Source: Diadema antillarum (Eukaryota). Taken from it: 64,000 nt of DNA. Of the stretch, positions 52,871 to 64,000 are shown one piece after another. Both the position numbers and the translations under genes were made by a program. The notes under the pieces were generated by a model. It ran no database searches and was not told the origin of the DNA. It worked only from the letters and a program-made list of their open reading frames with translations. How positions within the stretch are numbered: position 1 is the stretch's first letter; each line of letters starts with the position of its first letter. The stretch is taken from assembly GCF_040938485.1 (NCBI RefSeq), contig NW_027272550.1:62001-126000 (forward strand), given 5' to 3'.

Positions 52871-53136
52871 GGCAAGACACTCTGTTCCTCGGATAGGACA
52901 TAGAATAGAGGTTCCGTGTGCGAGAGAGTCACAACCCACGCACGTTAACGACCCCACTTCGTTCATTCATCGTAAGAGAGAAAGGGTGCATGACCAGTTG
53001 AAGTGGTCCGCCTCAAGTAGGCCTACTGTACTCAAAACTGGATCCCATGGAAGACCAGCTAGTGTAGCTGGATGGATATGGCCTTTCCAGCTATCTTCTT
53101 GATGGAAAATGAAAACAAACAAACAAACAAACAAAC
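52871..53136 (+). mobile_element. 5'-truncated SINE of the same family as 9128-9396, with (AAAC)n tail
   Basis: GGCAAGACACTCTGTTCCTCGGATAGGACATAGAATAGAGGTTCCGTGTGCGAGAGAGTCACAACCC...AACTGGATCCCATGGAAGACCA...(AAAC)n at 53112-53136; aligns co-linearly with the minus-strand copy. Confidence 0.78.
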
Positions 53137-53259
53137 ACACATGAATGGGGACCACCATTATGAACACCACAATGTTTATGCTCGAAGGTAATAGTTGCGA
53201 CCGGATGCTGAATAGGCCACACAAATCTCAATGTACACTTTGTACACGAGTCTGGTTAA

Positions 53260-53615
53260 AGGGGAAGGCTAGTAACTGATCAGTGGGAATCAGTGGAAAT
53301 GCTGGGAGATGATTGTTCCAATCCTTAGGGATTCATTCAAGAGTTCAATGTATATCTATTGTTGTGTGAAAATGATTTGCTTCAGAACGGTCTCATATTC
53401 AAGTAATGTGCACATTAATGCTCCGTCACTGACCAGGGACGCTAACCTGGAAGCATTAAACTGCACATTACTTGAATATGAGACCATTCTGAAGCAAATC
53501 ATTTTCACACAACAATAGATATACAATGAACTCTTGAATGAATCCCACAAGGATTGGAACAATCATCTCCAAGCATTTCCACTGATTCCCACTGACAAGT
53601 TACTAGCCTTCCCCT
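53260..53615. mobile_element. Young TTAA-flanked fold-back MITE (Kolobok-like), 356 bp
   Basis: TTAA(53256-53259)|AGGGGAAGGCTAGTAACT ... AGTTACTAGCCTTCCCCT|TTAA(53616-53619); arms 53260-53422 and 53452-53615 are nearly identical, so the ORF track shows near-identical peptides on both strands. Confidence 0.95.
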
Positions 53616-55443
53616 TTAAGGATCCTAGATCAGTGACGAGAAAATATATACATACATTTATATATCATATATAGAAAACTCGTTGGAAAATGGCCGATTC
53701 GTGTTGTCAGTGTGACCATGGACCTAACAGAAACTTTGCTTGTGATTTTTTTCCCCATTAATTTAAAAAAAAAAAAAAAAAAAAAAACGTTTATTGTGGC
53801 AACCCAGTGAGAAATTCTTCTTGGTGAGTTTGCGATTTTCAAACTTTCAGACGTTCAAAATTTCTAAATTTGGGCACGACCATGTGGAAATTAATTTTAT
53901 TTTGTGATGCAACAAGCCTGAAAATGTAGAAAAAAAATACAAAAAAAAATCTGCATCAGTGTTTGGTTGTAGATATTGCAGTTTATGTATATCACCTGCT
54001 CTATCATTAATGGTGCTACACTGTAACAGTGACAGTCCCCCAAAAAACACTTTCGAGCATGTGATAATTACAGATCATCTCTACCCTGTATCAGCTCCAA
54101 TTTCATTCTTCAAGGATACTCATCAAATCCTTCTGTTCTAATTCTATATTTTAGAGGCAGGTTTCTGATACCAGATCACACTGGCCGGCGCTGCAGCTAC
54201 GTCACATTTCGGCAACTTCATTTCGCGCTCTTTCGTGATGGATCCAGAAATGCCTCAGAGAAAAATCCTGATCTCAGTCTAGTCGATTGCCAGCGAGGCC
54301 AGGATCGAAATTGCCATGTCAGAATGACGGGGGGCTCTAAACAGTTACCGAGAGGAGGAACAAAGTAAATAAAAAAAAATGACATGTTGTTCTCCGTGTA
54401 CATATGGGTCAAACGATCGGTCGCGCAATGACAGTCTCGCCAAAATGGGATCGTGGGGTGCTCGTTACATGGAAGATGATGACATACGCCGTCGATGGCT
54501 TGCTGCGGATCAAAGTCGCGGCGCTAGGTCGGTGGCGTATGCGTTGACTGGGCGAGAGTACGACGAGCAGCAAGCAAGGCGGCGAGTGGGCGCGGCGCGG
54601 TGGTAGGAAGACTACTGCTGATCTAATATTGACTACTTTAATATCTGTCCCAGATAGCATGCTTACCCTTCAAAGGTCGATAATCATGACAAGAACAGAC
54701 GCGGTAAACGACTCCGGGACCATCGGGTCTCTTCATATACATCAAGCAACAACAACTAGTTTACATGAACTCGTCTTACTTTCTTCTTCATATTTTTTTT
54801 TTCATAAATCCATCCCACTGTAAAGAATGCGTCCACATCCCCATATCTTTTGAAAAGAGTAACGAAGTTGTTTTGTACTACAGGTCCATCGATAACCGCA
54901 TTCAAAATGTTGCGGACATTAAAGCCCAGATTAGAATTTAAAGCACAGATGACAAACTCCATTTAGCGCACATCGAAGTCAATATTGTCGTAAATACAGA
55001 AACCGACTTTCCCCTCTGATACTTCGAAAACTGAGACAAAGCTGTTTTGGACAGTATCCGCAGAAAAACATCTCCGAAAACTGTTCAAAACAGACATAAA
55101 ACTTTGACGTATATCACAAGATAACATGACAAATTCCAATTACACTAATAATCGTATTATATATGGTCCATTTCTTTTCACGGCTAACAGCACTTTTCAT
55201 GACGGTATGTTGCGCTAATCTCAGTTCCTCTAAATGACATCAGACGTTCGATATGATTCTCTATAAATGTCATCGTCTGGACTCCTAACAGATGACCAGC
55301 AATAAGTCAAACCCTATACATTTCGTGTAAACAGGAAATGCATTAACAGAAATTGAAAATGACATACATGGATAATGGGAAGGGAGACTGGCAAGACTGC
55401 ATTCAGTCCACACACCAATATTCCTGTATTCTGCTTCTGCCAA

Positions 55444-55760
55444 GAATAAATGAATGAATGAATAGATAAATGAGTAAATAAATGAATAAATAAATAAACA
55501 GTCAATGAATAAACAAACAAATGATTAATCGATGCGTAAAAAAAAACAAATACATACACACATACATACTTGCATACATGGACATACTGTACATAATACG
55601 TACATTCACATATAGGTCTACACAAATAAATGTGTAGATTATAGATAAATAAATGAATAATAAATAAATAAATAAATGAATAAATAAATAAATAGATAAA
55701 TAAATAAATAAATAAATAAATACATACATTAGTAATTAATTGAATAAACATAAAAGTGAA
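55444..55760. repeat. Compound (AATA)n/(AATG)n low-complexity repeat
   Basis: Direct reading. Confidence 0.9.
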
Positions 55761-57259
55761 TAAAAAAATGAAAATGCATCAGTATAGCATGCAAATTTCA
55801 TCGCTTTTCTCACACATTGCCTTGAAGCAAAAACACCAAGAACGGAAAAAGCGTGAATGATACTATATACTACAGCATGAGAATACAATCTACTTTATTC
55901 ACCATGCAAGGATTCGAACCTGAGACATTTACGGCCAATGCATACTTTCAACCAATGACCAAAATCACTTAGCGCTCGTAGCTCTAACATCCAACCCTCC
56001 TTCTTTAAGACGAAGAGTGACTGATGACGGTATCTGTTATCAAACTGTTTGCTGAAACAAACTGAAACAAACAAACGAAACAAAAAACCGACGTCATTTC
56101 TTCATTAGCAAATGCCTTGAAAGTCGCAGTGGCGAATACTTTGAAGGAAACGGCTAGAATCTGTAACACACGTCTAAATGCGCGAGCGACTAGTTTTACT
56201 CTCAATTCTCATGTGACGATATAACACCGTGGGAAAGAAAGAGCCCTATGTCTCGCAGGTGTATACAGAGAGGATCACGTGACTGGTAACATGAACAGGT
56301 GTCAACCGGGTCAGGTGACGACAATCATAACAACACAGCGGCATTCTGTCACGTACATTCCTTCATCTGGCTATCGACAAAGTCATCCATCAACGCCGAG
56401 GCAGACGAGGCGGACGAAGGTGGGCCATTTTTCCCTCGCTGGCTACAGAGGATGGAAAAGAATATAAGGCCTAACCCTAGAAGAGTGTGTGGAGGGAAAG
56501 TACGATTGTGGTAGACAAGGGAAGTATAGCAATAGTGTAGCTCTTCAGAAAGCGGAACGTGGAAAGGAAAAGGGAAGAGAGGAACCATCGATCAGCTGGT
56601 GTTCGACATCACACACCTAACTCGAGAATATATTACTATTATCATATTAAAGACAATGTACATACTCATTTATTGTCCCCCCTTGCAAGGGGAATTAACC
56701 ACATCCAGCTTTTATATCAAGTGATGCCGGCACGTGTTTTAACCATTTCGAAAAAAAAGAAACAAAAATCACTCCTATCATAATATTTCTGCATTTAATA
56801 GTGAACCCACGCCTATATAATTGGACTGAATACCCATAAAACTTTGAGTTGAAGGAATATGTCTAACCGCAAAGTATCTTCACAGAAAGAAAGAAAAAAA
56901 TGTAAGCACAACCTTCGGAGAGGGAGAGAGATTCATAATTGCTTGCGAAATATCGTAAATCTAGACGTAAAGGGAGATGCAGGGAAACACATCTGTAAAC
57001 ATGGGTAGGGAATAGAATGAAAATACCCTAAACAAAAGCGGTTAGAGATGGCGACATTCAGGACGTATGGGAGAGTGAGGCATCGTCGTCGAAATACATG
57101 TAATCCATAAATGATTAGAATAGCAACGAACTAAGGAAAATGAAACAAAAGGAAAAATAAAGAAACAAAAGAAAAAAGAAAAGGCATGTTGACAATGAGA
57201 CAGGACCCTTGATAAGAAAATGAGAATGAGGACGAAAATTTGAAACGACCACCATCCCT

Positions 57260-57273
57260 GTTTCCATGGCAAC
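57260..57273. promoter_or_regulatory. RFX X-box-like motif GTTTCCATGGCAAC
   Basis: Matches the X-box pattern GTHNYY-AT-RRNAAC; function not shown. Confidence 0.45.
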
Positions 57274-58253
57274 GGATGAGACGCTGTATCATGGCGATGC
57301 TGAGAGGGACATTCGGAAAGACAGTTGGGCATATAAGATATACAATGTAATAGTTGCAAACTGAAAATAAAAAGAAAGGAAAGTGGAAGAAAAAAGCAAG
57401 ACGAATTCGAGGGGGCAATCGTTTGAGAAGGAATGTGTGAGAACCGCAGAATGAGATCTAACCATGGAGCAGCCATGATCCGTTGAAAGGAGAGGCAATT
57501 TGACTTGACGCTTCGAGACAACATCCTCTCGCAAGAGCAGAGAGGGTTCAGGAGGGGTGAAATTCTTGAGTGCTTCGACATAACTGTGTCGGCGAGCCTC
57601 CGCACCATTGCAGTGCAACGGCAGTCAAAACAGACCAATAGTATAGGTGTCGCGCTCTCTTACAAAGGAACATAACAGCGTAGACTCATATACCAGCGCG
57701 ATGCTTCCAGCTAAACATGCCCACACCCGAGATTTCATTTCTCACGTTTCGCTCTCAAACGTAAAAACCACAGATACTAATTGATGACAATATCTCGCTT
57801 CATTCCTCTAATAACAGGAGAGAAACAATCCTAATACTTAGCAAAAACAGCACGCATCAAAGCGGACATATCAGCCCCGATAGAATTACAAGCCCATCTC
57901 ACAATGTGTGATAGTGTTTTCCGAGTCTAGTTTCAAGATGATCCTAATTTCGTGATTGTTAATAATAACACCCAACCGCCTGGATTACACCCTAAGCTGG
58001 TGACTTATATGATAGGCATAGATTGACAGGGGTGGATTGTCCTTGTTAACCTCGATGAATCAACTAAATATATCCCATATCCCTGCATAATGTGCACTAA
58101 CACATTTTCCTCTCTTATGGTATACACACAACAGTCAGACTATAAAAATAATGTGCACCTAGAGTTCCCAAGTCACTTTCGCTGTCTCGTTGTACAAGTA
58201 TAGGAAGCATCTACAGCAGCGTACTATAATCATGTGTTTATGTTTGAGAAAAG

Positions 58254-58255
<2 letters not shown>

Positions 58256-58290
<35 letters not shown>

Positions 58291-58317
58291 TGTGTCTGTG
58301 TGTCTGTCTGTCTGTCT
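58256..58317. repeat. (TG)n/(TGTC)n microsatellite
   Basis: Direct reading. Confidence 0.93.
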
Positions 58318-59191
58318 GGCTACTGACTGTGTTTGCGTGTTATTTATTAACAGCAAAAGTTAGAGAAGTGAAAAACATACAAGGCATCAAGGCTGTATGA
58401 TCACGCTCTGCGTTTGATTTGATTTGATTTGATTTGATTTCACTGGTATCTGCGTTTTCTTCGCAGAAAACAATAAATCAAATCAAATCAAATCGTTATG
58501 TATCATAAACATACTTTATCTACATGATGCTTTGGAGCTGATAATAATAATGGCAATAAAGATAACTATGACACCAATTGTAACAATAACACGGAGAACC
58601 TTTCTAATTTCTAATTCACGAACGGAAGCCTATCCATAACAGTTGGCACTGTTGTACCACATGGACCTGCTATTATCATTATAAATTCTCATGAGAAAAA
58701 CAAACTCTCTCATGTCTTATTACTGTTAAGTAACCAGAAAAACAAAAGGAGATTCACTAATGTTCTTTGCCATCTTTACTGCCACGTGAAATCTGATGTA
58801 AGCGCTTACAATATTTGGTTCTGCATAGTGAGAGTGTTTTAAGGCGAAAAATTATGAACAAAGATTCATTTGTGAGTACGTTGGCTTCACTGGCAGTGAA
58901 ACTTGAATCCCCTGGGCTGTGGTGTGAATATCTACCCCCCCCCCCCCCCAAAAAAAAAGGGGGGGATCTACTGGCAAAGTGTGAGCTATCGCTTGCTTCT
59001 CCCATTCTATGGAACAGGAGGGTGATGATTGCGGAGGGCAAAACTGGCCGAGTGTAACGAGCTTTAACTTCGCCACTCTCACGATCTAATTCCGAGGCAG
59101 TCGGCGGTAATTGAGAGATATTGGAGTGGCAAAGCATGTATCGTGGTACGATTCGCTGTTCTCTGCGGCGCCGGCAATAAGAAAGCGGTGT

Positions 59192-59205
59192 GTTTCCATG
59201 GAAAC
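59192..59205. promoter_or_regulatory. Palindromic RFX X-box-like motif GTTTCCATGGAAAC
   Basis: Perfect 14-bp palindrome in a CpG-rich patch; function not shown. Confidence 0.45.
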
Positions 59206-59554
59206 CGCGACTCGCTTTCATCGAAATGAATTGGACGAAGAATAGACAACGACTGCATGTATATTTGCAGGGGGACAATGCGTCTAACTGTTAGAAGAGA
59301 CTAGATAACTGCCACCTTTTTATTTTCTTATTTTTTCCTCTATCAGTGGGCGGACAAAAGAACAGTGGAACAACCAACATACAAGCTTTTCTGTTGTCGT
59401 GCTGAGGTGTTGTTGGTTGTTGTTGTTTTTTTTTTCGCTTTACTTTTAGCCCTCAGGAAAAGGACGACCACATAAATTCGTATATGCAGCTAGGTAGTGT
59501 TTCACGTGAACACATGAAGTCCTGGCAATTATGACAAGCTCGAATGTAGAAATA

Positions 59555-60566
59555 CACTCAGCAAAAAAAGAAAGTAAACGCTTTTTCAAGTTTAGATTTC
59601 TCATAGAATATTTGGCTGAAAGCTAATGTATTATACACCATATCAAAGGTAATTTAATTGGCTATCAACCTGGTAGGTCAACAAAAAGGGAAATTTTATG
59701 CACGAGTGAACACCTTTGTTTTTCTCTTCCAGGGCACAAAAGTAAAAATTGCAAAACTGAGCAAGTTGTCATTCAAGCGTATGCGCTTTCCCATAGACGA
59801 TAAGAACAAACAACAAATTTCACACACACACACACACACACAAAACGAAACATGAATCAAGTTGCAAAAATAAACCATTGATCTCTATGATATCTTTAAA
59901 GCCAAAATGATCAATAAAAGATAGAAATAATGCAGGTAAATTAAGAATCTTTTGTCAAATCTAAATTCAAATGAAACAAGAAAAGAACTAATAATTAGCA
60001 TAAATTGATAGAAATTTGAACTTTTTTCGAATTAGGAAATTGTAAGTAATGTGTGGCTTTTGAATATGTCTCATGCATTCTTAAATCACTACATTAACAG
60101 AAATGAATAAAGAAATTCTGCTCATTGAATCATCTTTATGCTTATTTTTCCCTATGTCATGTAAAGTTTGACTTGACAGACAATTCTTTTTTCCCCTTTA
60201 GTTTCCCACTTTGCTTTTTTTTTAGAGGTTATACAAAGATAAAGAGAACGAAAACTTATTTTTGCTATTTCATCCATGTCTCTAATTGTGTTAGTCTGGT
60301 CTTTTGTTGTCAGTGTTATCGTGAAGGGCATTTGCAAATGAAATTTGATATGTCAATTTTTGCAATTTTTAATTTTGTGCCTTGGACGACATAAACGAAT
60401 GTGCTCACTCATGCGTAAAGTTTTCTGTTTAATTAACCTATTTGCTTAATAGCCAATTAAATTACCTTTAATTTCGTATATAAGACATTGATTTTCATCA
60501 AAATCTTCTACAAAAATATGACCTCAAAAAAGTGTTTACTTTCTTTTCTTTTTTTTTTGCTGAGTG
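59555..60566. mobile_element. 1012-bp TA-flanked non-autonomous fold-back element (Tc1/mariner-like)
   Basis: TA|CACTCAGCAAAAAAAGAAAGTAAACGCTTTTT ... AAAAAAGTGTTTACTTTC...TTTTGCTGAGTG|TA; inverted similarity continues internally (AAAGGTAATTTAATTGGCTAT versus ATAGCCAATTAAATTACCTTT). No transposase ORF. Confidence 0.88.
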
Positions 60567-61346
60567 TATATTGAACCATGCAATTCTTAATAGGAGTTGC
60601 ATGCTAACATGTAATCCACAGTATTGTTTGAAGCACCTTCGCCAACTACTTGCGAACTTTCGTCATATAGAATGATAATCTGCGTAGCTAATGCTTTCGT
60701 GTAGTTATTTTTTCTTACATATAGACATGTAGATTTCATGGTCTTCTTTATCATTCAAGAGGGCACTTTAATTATTTGTATATCAGTTTGTGATAGTTAT
60801 CTGTCTGTCTTAGTTTCAAGTCGACCTGAAGCGATGCAAACTGCGATATGACCTATACCAGATAACCATTTCGAAATGTAATGTTCAAGGTGGATTAGGC
60901 AGCATAAATGCTTAGTCACTTACACTGTAACCGATTGCCTATAGTATGTTCATTGTTATTTTTTTTTTAATAGTTTGTCATGCGCCTGCACAGCTGGAAG
61001 TTTTGTCAACTCAAGTTTGGTTTTGCTTTTTTTTTTCTGAAGATAAAGAGGTCGATGAGGTATCTGACGCTACTGTGAGCACTGAGAGACTTCTCTAGAA
61101 AAAAAAAAAGCAGGTTTTCTGCTCATGCACGTTAATGTGTCTGTTCTCGTAGTATTTCTAAATCTGATGAAGGTTTAATATAATTGCAGTAATTAACCTT
61201 TTCGAAAGCCTAATTAGTCATTTTTGGTCACGAAATACTGTTTCGGCATAGTGTAATACAGCACTATATAACACAGCTGTACGCACAAAACTTACTAATC
61301 AATGCGTTTGAATAGACGAATAACATCCGAAAGGTGTACATTTTGC

Positions 61347-61350
61347 AAAA

Positions 61351-61425
<75 letters not shown>

Positions 61426-61436
61426 AAATAAATAAA
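61347..61436. repeat. (AAAT)n microsatellite
   Basis: About 22 copies read directly. Confidence 0.97.
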
Positions 61437-62952
61437 CACTTGTCCTCATCGCTCTTCTTCATCTCTTTAATCGATTACAATGATAAGAAACGAAATCGCC
61501 TTGAGGCCATTCGTGTCCTCCTCCTTCCTGACATACTCAGAAACCTTGAGCAAAAATAGCCTATCGAAAGAAGCAACAAGCAATCCAAGAGAATCATTCT
61601 GACCGGTATATACTGTAAAGGCAAGAGTCAGATGACAGGAAGACAATATTTAAGAGCATAAATATAAGAAAAACAACATTAAAGAGTGTTGTCTTGCTAT
61701 AGCTACATTGACAAATGCAAGGGCATTGTTGTTTAAGTTCATTCATTATTTCATAAGAACATGCACACGTGGCTGGGTTACATAAAGACAGATGTTATAT
61801 GAAAAGGGAACTCAAGGTTGGAAAGGCGGGCCGATGAAAAGTTTTAAATGTTTCAAGATTGTGTTTGTGTTTGTGTTTATGTTTGCGCGTGTGTGTGTAT
61901 GTGTGTGGTGTGTGTGTGTGTGTGGTAGGTTATAAAAAATACGAATTTCGTTCGATTAATTTGATTATGAGATTTTAGTTTACTGCAGATTTTGGTGAAA
62001 TGCTGTATTCTCAAGTGAGCAGTTTGTGTAATGAAGCAGATAGGCCCTATTGATTAATTTGATCAGGTTGATCAAGACAGCTTTTTTTTGACATTTATGC
62101 AGAATTTTAGATAACTTTTGTATACATGGTATGATTTGAAAAAAAAATGTATTGTATGTCAAAAAAAGAATGTGATTCAGCAGCTCGATTTTCTCAAACT
62201 GTGCCTACCTCCCTGTATCCCACAAGTAACCTGATATCATCATTAAAATTTAACACACTAACAGTTATCAAAGTTTATAATTGCTCTATGTTCCATGAGT
62301 TGACATTATATCTGCTGTATGGGAAATAGGACAAATTTGATCTAATTATTAGAGAATGATTCGGCACGTGATGTTCCCACGAGCGATAACAGATCGAAGT
62401 CAAATCGACAATGTGTCAAATTAATGCATGAAAATGGGTGTTTGGTTTTTTTTTTCAAAATAACACACATGAGACAAAATCATCACACGGGTAAACCTTG
62501 CGAATGTTAAAAGACGAAATAAGCGAAGAAATGAGGCAGAAAAGAAGAGAAGGAGAGAGGGGTAGCAGAGAAAGACAGAGAAGGGGGATGGAGAGAAAGG
62601 AAGATGAGAGGGAACAAATTGGAGGATGAAAAAGCTACCCTGCACAAGCAGATCTTGTCCAATAAATGGGTTTTGGACTGAAATGAAAACAGCGAATGTC
62701 GAGGAATTCTGTATCCTCATAATGCTCTGTTAGGCAGAGATCTGGGTTTGATCATCCTGTCCGGTTTGTTTGTTTGTTTGTTTGGTTATTTTCTGTGTTT
62801 ATTCGAGGAGACGATTAAACTATTCCGAATGCTTCCATTATTGAGAGTGATCTTCGACAGTTGTATCTATCCAGGGGGTTGTGAATATCACAATTTAACA
62901 TGGCAATGAAATCTCCCTGCAATTTCGTTTTTGCTTTTTTGTGTATTTTGGT

Positions 62953-62953
<1 letters not shown>

Positions 62954-62983
<30 letters not shown>

Positions 62984-63023
62984 GGGGGGGGGGGGGGGGG
63001 GGGAGGGAGGGGAGGGTCAGGGG
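62954..63023. repeat. Poly-T run followed by poly-G / G-rich tract
   Basis: Long T homopolymer, then a G homopolymer and GGGAGGGAGGGGAGGGTCAGGGG (potential G-quadruplex). Confidence 0.85.
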
Positions 63024-64000
63024 TTCGGTATTCAATTCCGATACCGTAACAGCATCCATTCGGTACCCATGGCCTCGAAGCCTTGCTGACTGATTGCAAT
63101 AACGTGCCGTGGGTTATGCAGTCACGCCAATATCATATTGATGTAGAAGGATATGATTAATCGACGATTCCATCAAAGATGCAAAGGTCGAGTAGTTAAT
63201 TGATTACTTCATTCCAATTAATACAATTTTCACTCAGCTAGATTGCCTTATTTTAAAAAATAGATGGTCCACACAAAGGGACTTTTTATACGCACAGGGT
63301 AATCTTTGCTTAAGAAGAATGACGATCTCTGAATTATAATTAAATTGATTGCGCGCTTGAGAGAACGATGGGGGCGGTTTTCGGCGAGGCCTCTGTTTGC
63401 GTCGGTGTCGATTTTTGTGCCTTTTGCTTGAATCAATCACCGGTCCTTCCCGTCGTTCCTTTTAGGTTATCCCCGGGCTACATCGTCGCTCACCTTGAAA
63501 TGCCCATTTTCTCCCTGTTTTTCACACAGACATTTTTTTTTTGTTCCTTCTTACTTCTCCCCTCTGAGTTCTTAGAGAAGATTGAACCTAAGCAGGAACA
63601 CTAATCAAATTGATTGCACAGTTTGCAATTATTAAAACTATAGAGAAAATCAAGAAAAAGTCAAAAATGTGATGCCATATACTCTTGCCTGTTTCTTATC
63701 CTCAAACCCAATTCATTTCATTTCTAAGTCTTCTCTCCTGTTTTTACTTCTATTCAATATTATAAGTTACTTATCTTCTCTATTACAACAGAAGTCTATT
63801 TCTCTTAAGACCTTAGATAAATCAATTTGCATTATTTCCATCTTTGTTTCAATTCAGCGCTTCAACCGATGTCTTCCAAGATACATTAATGTTTCCTATT
63901 CAATCATACAATATTGTTATTCGTTATATATTCTTCATTACAATTCGGCATTTGCATCTCTTTCTCAATGCATGTAAGGAAGGCAGTGGGATTTTTTGGC

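Noticed and set aside
55900-55990. Minus-strand GGTTCGAATCC B box as a tRNA or SINE head
   Set aside because: The A box is poor, there is no cloverleaf and no SINE body follows; at most a highly decayed relic.
56229-56258. Su(H) paired site (GTGGGAAAGAAAG resembles the start of the mammalian Hes1 SPS as I recall it)
   Set aside because: The position 15-17 bp downstream reads TCTCGCA/CTCGCAG, not TTCNCAC, so there is no second site.
57523-57558. ILSQEQRGFRRG resembling the LINE RT 'QxGFR' motif
   Set aside because: Isolated 12-aa similarity with a stop just upstream and no other RT motifs in frame.
1-64000. CRISPR arrays, operons or other prokaryotic systems
   Set aside because: No regularly spaced repeat-spacer array and no gene-dense coding structure; the DNA is clearly eukaryotic and non-coding in character.

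Overview
This is eukaryotic, AT-rich metazoan genomic DNA (roughly 38-40% GC by eye) from a gapped scaffold, with N runs at 21310-21456 and 48754-49071. The repeat content (tRNA-headed SINEs with a Deu-domain-like body, TTAA-flanked 'AGG...' fold-back MITEs, abundant CA/TA/AAAC/GAA microsatellites) suggests an invertebrate deuterostome, most likely a sea urchin or other echinoderm; that assignment is an inference. I could not confidently identify any protein-coding gene, tRNA/rRNA gene, autonomous transposon or CRISPR array. Nearly all ORFs in the track are short chance ORFs or translations of simple repeats, and a few splice-site-bounded candidate exons are given at low confidence. What the sequence does support is at least seven non-autonomous inverted-repeat elements with visible target-site duplications (four packed into 36.4-40.5 kb), three SINE copies, several local tandem duplications, two unusual tiny inverted-repeat structures (a 34-bp TIR element with a 6-bp TSD and a 98-bp spacerless palindrome), and CpG-rich patches carrying recognisable transcription-factor motifs (RFX X-boxes, Su(H) plus proneural E-boxes, CRE, an E2F palindrome). 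The best reading is a large intron or regulatory gene desert. I found no strongly supported novel biological system.
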